Below are positions 1 through 8,562 of a stretch of DNA of 64,000 nt, in pieces. Location: IMG/VR virus record IMGVR_UViG_3300025306_000003, positions 569-64,568 of that record. One strand, written 5' to 3'. The position numbers and the translations under genes were made by a program. Numbering within the stretch: position 1 is the first letter of the stretch; the number at the start of each line of letters is the position of its first letter. The notes beneath the pieces are model-generated. The model worked only from the letters and a program-made list of their open reading frames with translations, made no database searches and had not been told where the DNA came from. This DNA is from a virus (taxonomy: Duplodnaviria; Caudoviricetes).

Positions 1-1369
1 GATTCAACAGATCTTTGATGTCGGTTTCTTTACGCAGCAACACCATCGGATCCATCCCCAACAGCGTCCTAAATCCTGTGACAGTCAGCTTGCCCAAATT
101 CCCAGGCAGCGGATCTAAGTTAATATTCGCTCTCGCTTCGTCAATCGTCATGACTTCCTGTGCGAGATACACAGCGTCAATCGTGGACTGCTTACCCATG
201 TCTCTCGGGTCGATGTCAGTCCAGAAAAATTCCATCTCCGCAATTGACTTGTTGCCTGTAAGCTGCGCGAGTCTGGGCAGCACATGCATCGTGATCTTGG
301 TTGCCAGCACTTGCGCTAATGGCTTTACGGCTTCTCGCAAAGTCGCTGACATGGTTACATCCGCCGTGGATCTGTTTACGTCGGCTTGGATTCCGAAGTC
401 CATCGGGTGGAGGTCAAAACAAATTGCGAGCACACGGGTTTGCAATTCGTGGAACTGAAGGAACAATCCCTCGTCACCGTTAGGTTTAAGTGGAATCGGT
501 TCGGGGCGTAACTTGCTCCCATATCCACCGACGAATCCCGGCGAACCTCTGCCACGCAATTCATTTTCCCAATACACGCGAAATGCATAGCGCTGATCCT
601 CATCCACTTCGTCGCCAAGATAAATCAACATGGACGGATACGCTTCGCTGGCGATCTGCCGCTGGTAGCTCGACAAATTCGTGAGCGTGTCCATCACTTC
701 GACTGCAGTCTCAAACGGCGAGAGCCCGAACGGGTCGAAGCTCCGCTTGCGCATCATGATGTATTCAATTTCGGAATCGAGGAACTGCGTTTGAATCTTG
801 CCGTCATCCAAGACTTGCAGCCATCGCGGCATCTTGGGATTCCCATCCCACTTTCTGTTCAATGCAATGGTAAATCCCGGCACGACCTCCATTCCCAACA
901 CATCGTTACCCACGATGTTGACAGGCTTCTCCACGTACTCCCAACATCCGGCGTCGAAGATCAAAACGTCTTCCACGATCTGTCCGAGGAACGAACACAA
1001 ATCATCGTCAGACGAATTCGGTCTCGAAAGCAAATCCTTCGCGATTCGGGTAGCCTTTTGAAACTCCTCTTTCTTTTCCTTTGCGTCCTGCACGTTCTTC
1101 GGTTGCAGTCCCCACGTGAGAGATTGGATGGCGTTACGAATCAACCGGATTGCTCTTGACGGCAGCGGAGCTTCCGAGAACATCATCAAGTCTTTTCGGG
1201 ATCTGCGCAAACGCCTGCGCTGAAACTGCTGCTTGCCTGCGGAGGGTGCCCACAGGAACGAAGTTCCCCCGGCGTCTTTCATGGAAGTGCGCTTCCGCTG
1301 TCCGGCCTCCAATTGCTGAAGCGGGCGTGCAGGTTTCGATAATCCATAATTTCTAAGAAGTTCGAACAT
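1..1369 (-). CDS. Phage portal protein (HK97-like family), 3' end runs off the window
   Basis: Absent from the ORF track because there is no stop in the window. Manual translation from ATG at 1369 gives MFELLRNYG...AIRLIRNAIQSLTW...LLSRPN...IVEDVLIFDAG...FGLSPFE...FDLHPMDFG...MTIDEARA, matching portal motifs (PN, GxSP, MTxNExR). Lies downstream of terL. Confidence 0.85.
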   Translation of the reverse strand, partial: MFELLRNYGLSKPARPLQQLEAGQRKRTSMKDAGGTSFLWAPSAGKQQFQRRRLRRSRKDLMMFSEAPLPSRAIRLIRNAIQSLTWGLQPKNVQDAKEKKEEFQKATRIAKDLLSRPNSSDDDLCSFLGQIVEDVLIFDAGCWEYVEKPVNIVGNDVLGMEVVPGFTIALNRKWDGNPKMPRWLQVLDDGKIQTQFLDSEIEYIMMRKRSFDPFGLSPFETAVEVMDTLTNLSSYQRQIASEAYPSMLIYLGDEVDEDQRYAFRVYWENELRGRGSPGFVGGYGSKLRPEPIPLKPNGDEGLFLQFHELQTRVLAICFDLHPMDFGIQADVNRSTADVTMSATLREAVKPLAQVLATKITMHVLPRLAQLTGNKSIAEMEFFWTDIDPRDMGKQSTIDAVYLAQEVMTIDEARANINLDPLPGNLGKLTVTGFRTLLGMDPMVLLRKETDIKDLLN

Positions 1370-1370
1370 G

Positions 1371-1577
1371 CTACCCCCTGAGTTTTACGAAAGGATCTTC
1401 GTTCTTCTCGAAGCGTCCGTCCAATGAAAGCCCTTTCTCTTCCACCCACACATGTACTGCGGACACAGCTTGCGCAAATCCAAAATGATCTTCGTGATCT
1501 GGATGGATCTCGGCCAGCAAAGCATCAAGATGTTCGAGCAACTCTCGCAGCATGTTTTCTACCCATCGCTTTGGCAA
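1371..1577 (-). CDS. Hypothetical protein
   Basis: ORF tightly packed against the portal start; no recognisable motif. Confidence 0.5.
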   Translation of the reverse strand: MPKRWVENMLRELLEHLDALLAEIHPDHEDHFGFAQAVSAVHVWVEEKGLSLDGRFEKNEDPFVKLRG

Positions 1578-1779
1578 AGGTTTTTACTTGAGTGCCGATC
1601 CCATACGCAACTGCCAAAACCAATTCGAGAATCAGCATCGGGAGCCAAAAGAGCGTAAGCAATCCCAACTTCGCTTCCCCAGGCTCAGTGTTGTAGTTAT
1701 AAATATATGCGAGTGTGAACAGCAGTCCGCACAGCAAGTATGCTGCACAGAGTGAAATAATCCACAGCGTGATCATCAA
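1525..1779 (-). CDS. Small membrane protein (2 predicted TM segments)
   Basis: Two hydrophobic stretches; GGAGG RBS upstream. Confidence 0.6.
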   Translation of the reverse strand: MMITLWIISLCAAYLLCGLLFTLAYIYNYNTEPGEAKLGLLTLFWLPMLILELVLAVAYGIGTQVKTFAKAMGRKHAARVARTS

Positions 1780-2000
1780 TCCTCCAAGTCTTTAGGGTCA
1801 ATGCCATTTTCGACAATCATCTGATTGTATAACGCGGCGTTATCCGCAATCAGTTCGTCATCGTCTTCGGGATCTACTTCCAAGGCAGCATGTTTCATAC
1901 GGGCTTCGCTGTGCTGCTTGAGCGTACCTTTCGACCCGCCAAAATACTTTCGCGCCTCTTTATCCAATTCTTTAAGACTCATTTCAACCCTTTCAACCAT
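1776..2000 (-). CDS. Hypothetical acidic protein
   Basis: Overlaps both neighbours in the minus-strand operon. Confidence 0.55.
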   Translation of the reverse strand: MVERVEMSLKELDKEARKYFGGSKGTLKQHSEARMKHAALEVDPEDDDELIADNAALYNQMIVENGIDPKDLED

Positions 2001-2959
2001 CCAGAAAAAACAATCGGATGGATGTAGCTGTTCAATGCCTTATCGCGACCGTTGTTCAAGTGCGTAGCGACAACATCTCCAATGTGATTGCGAGAGGCTT
2101 TGTATTCTTTCAACGTGGCCGGTTTGGGGAGACTCTTGATCATCTGCCGAGCTATCGTGGTCGCGCCCAATGTACGCCAGTTATGTGGAGTGAATCCATA
2201 CGAGTCCCCGTGCGTGAGGCTGCTGGAATATTTCAACACAGTCGCGTAGGAAACATCGCCGAAGATTCTGCCATTTGGTCCAGCAGCTTTTGCCCTCGAT
2301 ACGAGATCTTTTGCAAGTTTAGAATCATGTATCTGATACGAATTGGCAATCTTGTCTTTGCCGACAAACTTTGCAAATACCTTCCCACCCTTTTCAACGA
2401 TGTGCCTACCCTCAAGCGTGCGTGCGCCATAGATCGGGGGTTTCGTAGTTTCATCTGCCACGCGCATGAACGTGTGCGAGATTAAACGCATGATTGCAGC
2501 TTCCGGTTTGTTGCCTGTCATCTTGGCAGTCAATCTGTCCGCAACAGGTTCCAATTCAAGAATCTTTTCCCAGTGTTGTGCTCCACGTTCGGCAACTGCT
2601 TTGGGCAGGTAGATTGGTTGGAACTTGCCCTTCTCATTTACGCTGTGGACCACATGACCTTTGTCATCAGGCTTCGTGTTCACGTATGTACGCAGATACG
2701 CTTTTGCATTGGGAACCGTGACGCCCTCGTGCATCTTCAACCGTGCTTCGGTCAGCTTCTCGCGCAACATCCATAGCCCTTGACCCTTTGCGTTTTTCTT
2801 TGCTGCCCACTTATCGAGCTTCGCGATCCGACTGTCTGAGTGCTCCTGCACAGTGAATGTCTTACCCTTGGAAGATGTCTTCGAGTACGTCCTGATCTTC
2901 ACAGCCTCAAGGATTGCAAGCCTCAGCGCATCGGTGATCTCGTCTGCAAAAGTTCTCAT
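1979..2959 (-). CDS. DNA topoisomerase IB (bacterial/viral type) with an N-terminal leader
   Basis: Catalytic pentad visible: FMR(V), FVGK, HNWRT, LNN...NSY(IHP), plus YGARTL..RHI as in poxvirus/bacterial TopIB. Confidence 0.85.
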   Translation of the reverse strand: MRTFADEITDALRLAILEAVKIRTYSKTSSKGKTFTVQEHSDSRIAKLDKWAAKKNAKGQGLWMLREKLTEARLKMHEGVTVPNAKAYLRTYVNTKPDDKGHVVHSVNEKGKFQPIYLPKAVAERGAQHWEKILELEPVADRLTAKMTGNKPEAAIMRLISHTFMRVADETTKPPIYGARTLEGRHIVEKGGKVFAKFVGKDKIANSYQIHDSKLAKDLVSRAKAAGPNGRIFGDVSYATVLKYSSSLTHGDSYGFTPHNWRTLGATTIARQMIKSLPKPATLKEYKASRNHIGDVVATHLNNGRDKALNSYIHPIVFSGWLKGLK

Positions 2960-3131
2960 TGCTTCCCCTTGGGTTCAAACAAAATACCATTATCGCCTGA
3001 GATGGGCTTATCGTGTTTATCCCCCTTGAGCATAACTTGCGGAATGCCTTTGGGAAATGCATCACACCTGAATCCAGGTTTGTCGTCCTCGATCAGGTGC
3101 TTGCATTTGAAACAGACTGGAGTCGGTCCCA

Positions 3132-3944
3132 TCATTTGTGCAACCCCTTCAATACACTATTCAACATGCCGCCCGTGAAGTCGGAATGCAAATGCGTATT
3201 TACGTTTGCGAAAGCCTCAGCAAAACCTTCCTGAAAATCCCACGCTGCGTAATTGGAATACGCTGTCAGGGATTTCTTGGGAGTCTTTTCCCAATGTGAC
3301 ATCCATTTATCCTGCGCTTCAGAAGACAACGACGAAAACACAGCGTGACCGAATTCGTGAGTGATAATATATTTCCAACCGAGCTTCGAGGTTCCCTGTG
3401 CGAAGAAGTGATCCTGCTCGTTCATCTTCAGCGCCTTGGACAACAGAGCACGGTCACGTAAGTATACAGAGTTGAGAGCTATCTTATCACCAAGATTCGA
3501 CGCCTCCCCAAAAGACCAGTCATCTTTCTTGAACGGCTTGCCTGCAACTTCCTTAATCTCGTTTGCTACAGTTGGAAACGCTTTTGCCAATGAATTCCAG
3601 GTGTCGAAGATTTCCTTTTGTGAATTCACGTCCAGAGTCACGTCCCCGAAACGGATCCTGTTATCTGGGAACAGCGCCATCGGGTTGACCATCGCCTTGC
3701 GCTTGCCGTCGGCCTTTTTCTTCTTCGTGAAGGCTTTGACCTGGTTTCGACCTTGGGCAAGTTGATTCTTAATTTCATTTCCAGTCATCGGCCTGTCGTA
3801 ATGGCGCTTGTAGGTCTGAACCTGAACGGCTCCATGCTTGCCCTGGCGTTGATAGGCTTTCACCTGAACATCGGACGCAGCTAGGCTGGAAAGGACGATT
3901 TGGGTAGCAATTTGACTCAACAGATCAGTGCTAGGTTGGCTCAT
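3132..3944 (-). CDS. Zincin-like metallopeptidase domain protein with an N-terminal leader
   Basis: HEFGH followed by S-x-x-x-Y and E-x-FAEAF, typical of phage MPTase-type domains. Confidence 0.75.
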   Translation of the reverse strand: MSQPSTDLLSQIATQIVLSSLAASDVQVKAYQRQGKHGAVQVQTYKRHYDRPMTGNEIKNQLAQGRNQVKAFTKKKKADGKRKAMVNPMALFPDNRIRFGDVTLDVNSQKEIFDTWNSLAKAFPTVANEIKEVAGKPFKKDDWSFGEASNLGDKIALNSVYLRDRALLSKALKMNEQDHFFAQGTSKLGWKYIITHEFGHAVFSSLSSEAQDKWMSHWEKTPKKSLTAYSNYAAWDFQEGFAEAFANVNTHLHSDFTGGMLNSVLKGLHK

Positions 3945-3988
3945 AACCCTCGTGTAGCGGCCCCAGAGCCCAAATTACGCCCTGAGGC

Positions 3989-4411
3989 TTACGTAACCAT
4001 GTACTGATGGAATTCGGACTCACCCTGACGGTCCATCTCCCACTTCAAAAGCTCGTAATACGCGCACCTGCTACTATAAGGATAGTTTCTGCAAACCTCA
4101 GGTCGGCCTTCGTAGATTGTGCATACCCTCCGCGTGCTGTGGAAGAATTTACACATCATATCGTTGGTCAACGGATCCTTTCGCATACGAAACAACCATC
4201 TTTTTCCCGTCTGCTTCAGATGGTGCTTTTTTGCTTCTTCAATGGTCAACTCAAGATGCTTCGCAAGCCTCGGGATGTCCTTGGGCTTGAGATCAATCTC
4301 GTGATAACCACAGCAGTAACCGGGACAGTTCAAGCAATCGAAAGTTTTCCTGCGCTTGTCTGGAGCACTCTGGACTTTCGAGCTTGCAGTCTTGCGTATC
4401 GGATGACTCAT
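3989..4411 (-). CDS. YkgJ-family cysteine-cluster (Zn/Fe-S) protein
   Basis: FDCLNCPGYCC...CKFF...CTIYEGRPEVCRNYP signature. Confidence 0.85.
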   Translation of the reverse strand: MSHPIRKTASSKVQSAPDKRRKTFDCLNCPGYCCGYHEIDLKPKDIPRLAKHLELTIEEAKKHHLKQTGKRWLFRMRKDPLTNDMMCKFFHSTRRVCTIYEGRPEVCRNYPYSSRCAYYELLKWEMDRQGESEFHQYMVT

Positions 4412-4419
4412 TCTTCAAC

Positions 4420-4674
4420 CTACTTTCGTTTTCGCTTCTGCATCCGAGAAACTTCCGAAAGCCCAATCGCAATCGCCTGCTTCTGATCGGTCACGGGGTC
4501 GCCCGAAGACGACTTGAGCTTGCCCGATTTCCATTCCTTCATAACCTTGGTCATTTTCTTTTTGGCTGCAGGAGGCGCACATGCGGCCACTTCCGTCGCA
4601 AGTTTGGGATGTTGAGACATCTCTACTTGAGACGGGGTCGAAAGCTGATTCTTTCCTGATACACGCTGAAACAT
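4420..4674 (-). CDS. DUF6496-like small basic protein
   Basis: KVMKEWKSGKLKSSSG..VTDQKQAIAIGLSE matches the family motif as recalled. Confidence 0.7.
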   Translation of the reverse strand: MFQRVSGKNQLSTPSQVEMSQHPKLATEVAACAPPAAKKKMTKVMKEWKSGKLKSSSGDPVTDQKQAIAIGLSEVSRMQKRKRK

Positions 4675-4684
4675 TGCGACCTCC

Positions 4685-4936
4685 TTACGTGGGTTCGGAG
4701 ACTTCCAGAATCGAAGTCATTCCGGTGATGACTGAAGGCGTGGTCGGGCAGTAAATGTACGGCCCGCTCCTGTCCGACAGCACAGGTAGCTGCACCATCC
4801 AGCAGCCGCCCGCAATCGGAGTCAGGCTGATGAGAGAATCTGTGTAATACACGTTGATCGCGGCAGGAGCGCCACCGGGGGCGTCCAGTGCGGATACGTC
4901 GAGGTAATTCTTACCGGCTGATAGACCTGGGGTCAT
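4685..4936 (-). CDS. Hypothetical protein
   Basis: AGGAG RBS; operon position. Confidence 0.55.
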   Translation of the reverse strand: MTPGLSAGKNYLDVSALDAPGGAPAAINVYYTDSLISLTPIAGGCWMVQLPVLSDRSGPYIYCPTTPSVITGMTSILEVSEPT

Positions 4937-4946
4937 GATATTTCTC

Positions 4947-5210
4947 CTATCTTGAAATTAGAACTTCTTGGCAACGACAGTTTATACCTGTTCCGCCGTG
5001 CCTGTCTGTGAACGTTATACCATTCTTGTAAAACGGGGTGCTCAATCCTCTTTGCATTCCGTTCATTTCGGAACATTCATAACACGTGCGCTTATCCTGC
5101 ACGGCCACCCATTCAATTTTGTGCCTCTGCCCAGCGCCGAGCGCAGTGCTATTTTGCACCTGGGACGCTGTGGGCAGATTTCCATGACGGACGTTGCGAC
5201 TAAGAAACAT
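4947..5210 (-). CDS. Minimal MuF/gp7-like minor head protein (C-terminal Cys/His motif only)
   Basis: W-x4-DKRTCYEC..MNG...H....NCRC, the conserved C-terminal motif of Mu gpF / SPP1 gp7. Confidence 0.7.
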   Translation of the reverse strand: MFLSRNVRHGNLPTASQVQNSTALGAGQRHKIEWVAVQDKRTCYECSEMNGMQRGLSTPFYKNGITFTDRHGGTGINCRCQEVLISR

Positions 5211-5213
5211 TGG

Positions 5214-5663
5214 TCACTTCACTTTCAGATCAAAAGCGTGTTTACGAATGATCTCGGCCTTTGCTTCCGCAAATGTCTTGTGCGCGGAATGATCCAATGT
5301 TTCCCACTTGCCTTCCCAGAATACTTCACGCGCAGCGGCAAAATATCCACGTGGATGCTTTGTCACCAAATAACGTGTCTTCGAGCCATCACGCGCTGAG
5401 ATTGTACCGTGGTGATATTGTATGCTCCCGCTAGGAACCTTGTGCCCACGCTTGAGATTCCCTTTGGTGACGCCTTCGCTAGTGCCGAATGCATTTAGGA
5501 CGTTGCAATATGCATCATGACTACTCGCTGCTATAGAAGACTTCGACGCAAAACCGCTCCAGTCAAGACCATATGACTTCCGTGTGTGATCGTCCCAGCG
5601 AAATTGCCACCACGTGCGCATGGCGTGCAAACTGCGGACGGCGATAGTCTGCTGCTCAGTCAT
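5214..5663 (-). CDS. Hypothetical protein
   Basis: ATGA overlap with the upstream gene. Confidence 0.5.
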   Translation of the reverse strand: MTEQQTIAVRSLHAMRTWWQFRWDDHTRKSYGLDWSGFASKSSIAASSHDAYCNVLNAFGTSEGVTKGNLKRGHKVPSGSIQYHHGTISARDGSKTRYLVTKHPRGYFAAAREVFWEGKWETLDHSAHKTFAEAKAEIIRKHAFDLKVK

Positions 5664-6049
5664 GGGCGCACATTCTGAACAGGCGCGAACTGGGCAAGAG
5701 TTGCCGACCTGTCATGGAGAGCTGCTGCAAACACGTCGATGCCGTCCTGATCGGTGAGTTCAAGATCATACAGACTCGTAGGCGCGTGAGTCGCGCTGGG
5801 AACTGTACTCGCTCCGACAACATAAGCGCCGCGTATCTGAGTCACGATGTCATAGGGAATTGAGTAATCGGTGAGCACCCCCGAAGCCCCGGCAGTCCAC
5901 TGCCATTCAACCACCCAGGTATTCCGATATGCAGCGACAGTGGGAGGGGTCACGGATCCCACTGCAAACACCAAACTCGTGAACGCAAGCACAGACATCA
6001 GCAACAGAACCGAACAGAATCTTTTCATGATCCCTCCTAAATTACACAA
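5660..6049 (-). CDS. Signal-peptide-bearing beta-rich protein (probable start at MKRF, ~6029)
   Basis: MKRFCSVLLLMSVLAFTSLVFA signal peptide after an AGGAGG RBS. Confidence 0.6.
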   Translation of the reverse strand: MCNLGGIMKRFCSVLLLMSVLAFTSLVFAVGSVTPPTVAAYRNTWVVEWQWTAGASGVLTDYSIPYDIVTQIRGAYVVGASTVPSATHAPTSLYDLELTDQDGIDVFAAALHDRSATLAQFAPVQNVRP

Positions 6050-6100
6050 CGATCTTACAGCGATAGTAGTTGCGATGAGAAGCGATTCGTAACCCTAATC

Positions 6101-6187
6101 TTACTTCTTGCCGTACTTGAGGTAAGCCCAGATTCCGACACCGACACCAACGAGAAAACTGAGTACTGCGGTCAATACGTATTCCAT
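6101..6187 (-). CDS. 28-aa single-TM microprotein MEYVLTAVLSFLVGVGVGIWAYLKYGKK
   Basis: Manual translation; AAGGAGG RBS; below the ORF-track size cutoff. Confidence 0.7.
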   Translation of the reverse strand: MEYVLTAVLSFLVGVGVGIWAYLKYGKK

Positions 6188-6199
6188 GATCAATCCTCC

Positions 6200-6292
6200 T
6201 TAGAAATGAACGCCCCTAAAGAACCACACAAGCACCGCGATTGCCAGAGCAGCTATCACAAGTGCGCCAATTGCAAGACCGCTCCAGAACAT
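6200..6292 (-). CDS. 30-aa single-TM microprotein MFWSGLAIGALVIAALAIAVLVWFFRGVHF
   Basis: Manual translation; GAGGAGG RBS immediately after the terL stop. Confidence 0.7.
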   Translation of the reverse strand: MFWSGLAIGALVIAALAIAVLVWFFRGVHF

Positions 6293-6301
6293 ACCGCCTC
6301 C

Positions 6302-7942
6302 TCAGAACGCAAACGCTTTCTTTGAGCGCTCAAACGCGAGGATGGCTCCACAAGTCGCATCGGGGCCATCATCGTGTGAGTCGAAAGGAAAATTATCCCA
6401 CTGATTGTAATACGTAGTGCTGAGATGGCTGGCAAAGAAAGTGCGAGTCTTAATGACGGGTTCCAAATTATAAATCCGTTGGATCTTATTGGCAGTCTGC
6501 GTAAAGGTTCTAAGCGGCACTGTGATATTACGTTCTTTGGCGATCTTCTTGAGGTATGGAAGCAAAACACCGAAGCCGCCGTTGTCCTCGTAGTACAATG
6601 TCTTGATCGGATATGCCTGTACCAACCGCAATGCCTCTTCGCACTGCAATTCAACACGCGCCTGATTCAACCAAACATGCAGTACCCAATAAAAATTGTG
6701 CGTCAAGCTCTCCTTGGCGATGACATAATCTTTTCCATCTTTGTTTTTACCCATAAGTTCCCTACCCTGAAGGGTAATCGACTTACAAGCAACGACTGCG
6801 ATACAAGCGTAATCCGCAGCCTGAAAGTTGGATTGCTTTGGATCGCTTGGATCCCAGTACGCGATGACTCGGTAAGAATCGTCCATCTCGGCGATGAATT
6901 CCTGTGCATCGAACTTCTGAAACTTGACAGAATCGTAAACAAGTTCTTCGTCGGAAGCCTGCTTGTTCATGTACTCCAACGAGTACGCCCTGGCTCCGAT
7001 CTCTTCCCGTCTCTGATGCAGCTTCTCAAGCGGCCATCTCTCAGGCCACAAGGCTGATCCGTCTGTCTTCTTATTTCCAATCGGCCACTGTTCGTCGTGC
7101 TCATCTTGAGGAATGTTCTCCGCCCTGTAGAGTTTCCCATCCCAGGACTTTTGACGCATCAGAGTTCCGACCATGGACTCGGGGTTCAAGAAATTTCCGA
7201 TCACGAAAATGTCGCCTGGACTGGCAATCAAATTAACAAGGGTCGTTCTGAAGCGGTTCAGGAACTTTGCACGCTGATAATCAGTGGCGACTGTATCTGT
7301 GTCTTGAGGATCATCGAAGACCATCGCATCCGGTCGCCACTTGCCCTCTTTCAATCCGCGCACGTGACTGCCCATTGTACGCGCTTCGACGATTGCGCCC
7401 GATGTCACTTTGATACGGCTATCGTTCCAACTGACAAATTGCCCTTTGAAATCCATCATGGGCGACAGATGAGGATAATCGTCCAAGAGAGCTTGATTGC
7501 CTATGCTGCGATCCAGCGTATTTTGAAGCGTAGAATAATGATTCCAGAATGCCCCACCGGATCCGCCGAACAAACAGATGTACCATTTATCCTGTCTGGC
7601 TAACCACCATAATGGCGCGGCGAAGAGCAGGAAGGTGGACTTACCGCTGTCCCTGGGCTCGCATCTGACAATGCGCTTGTCTGTTTTTGGGCTCTGAACG
7701 CTGTCAATAAGATCTTGGTGATGCTCGCCCATTGCGCAATCAAAGTGCGCAGACAAGTAATGATAGATAAATTCAATGAACCAACGCCGAGCTTTCTCTT
7801 TGGCGACGATGTGTGCAAGGCTGGCGCGTTCCTTTATAAGAAAGAACGGCTGCTTAGCCTGCATTATCGGCTTGGTGTCACTGATCTCCGCGATGAGAGC
7901 ACTTTTACGAATCATGAAAGCCTTATTTGTGGATACTGTCAA
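6302..7942 (-). CDS. terL: Terminase large subunit
   Basis: Walker A PRDSGKST, Walker B VFDD, RNase H-like nuclease WDPS ... YEDN ... HDDGPDA. Confidence 0.93.
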   Translation of the reverse strand: MTVSTNKAFMIRKSALIAEISDTKPIMQAKQPFFLIKERASLAHIVAKEKARRWFIEFIYHYLSAHFDCAMGEHHQDLIDSVQSPKTDKRIVRCEPRDSGKSTFLLFAAPLWWLARQDKWYICLFGGSGGAFWNHYSTLQNTLDRSIGNQALLDDYPHLSPMMDFKGQFVSWNDSRIKVTSGAIVEARTMGSHVRGLKEGKWRPDAMVFDDPQDTDTVATDYQRAKFLNRFRTTLVNLIASPGDIFVIGNFLNPESMVGTLMRQKSWDGKLYRAENIPQDEHDEQWPIGNKKTDGSALWPERWPLEKLHQRREEIGARAYSLEYMNKQASDEELVYDSVKFQKFDAQEFIAEMDDSYRVIAYWDPSDPKQSNFQAADYACIAVVACKSITLQGRELMGKNKDGKDYVIAKESLTHNFYWVLHVWLNQARVELQCEEALRLVQAYPIKTLYYEDNGGFGVLLPYLKKIAKERNITVPLRTFTQTANKIQRIYNLEPVIKTRTFFASHLSTTYYNQWDNFPFDSHDDGPDATCGAILAFERSKKAFAF

Positions 7943-8327
7943 GAAGCCAGCGCTGCAATGACATCTGCAGCTTGGCGATGATTTCGTAACGGGACATGCC
8001 CGCTACTGCGAACCTGGGAGTCAACGTGTTGTCTTCGAGATTCTTTTCCCACCAAAAGATCATGAGCCCTTCGAGTTCTTTAGAACTTTCAGTCACTTCT
8101 TTTTGTGCCCATGCAAGCGCATCTGCGGGAGTCCAAAGCGTACAATCGTTATTCTTCTGCGCACGTCTCGCTGCAAGTTCGTCCATCATATTGTCGCTAA
8201 GCCTCGTCAGCAGAGTCTTCAAGTTGGTCGATGTCTTCCATTTCTTTTTTGAGTGCGTCTGCCTGTTCCTTGGGCAGATGCATGTAATCGATGTCAAGAT
8301 TAACTTCTTCGATGAAATCCATGTCAA
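7923..8327 (-). CDS. Hypothetical protein (probable start at MMDEL, ~8190)
   Basis: Overlaps the terL start. Confidence 0.5.
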   Translation of the reverse strand: MTWISSKKLILTSITCICPRNRQTHSKKKWKTSTNLKTLLTRLSDNMMDELAARRAQKNNDCTLWTPADALAWAQKEVTESSKELEGLMIFWWEKNLEDNTLTPRFAVAGMSRYEIIAKLQMSLQRWLLDSIHK

Positions 8328-8562
8328 TTCTCCTCGCTTGTGATCTTGCCGGTTTCGAAATCCAATGTGTGCGTGTAGGTTTTCTTTAGCAAATACTTGG
8401 TGACCCTGCGGTACACCCGATGCAGGAATTGCTTGCCAGCTTTGTGATGAAAATTACCTGGACTGCAGCACATGCAGTGCAGACCTCCTGGGCCAGCGTT
8501 TAGTTTGGCTGAGACTTCATGATACATGCGCTGATTTCTTGCTGCAGGATGTTTGGATTTCA

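Noticed and set aside
1979-2959. Tyrosine integrase call for the R-K-R-Y protein
   Set aside because: The motifs (YGARTL..RH, F.GK, SYIHP) fit TopIB. No att-site or repressor context was seen.
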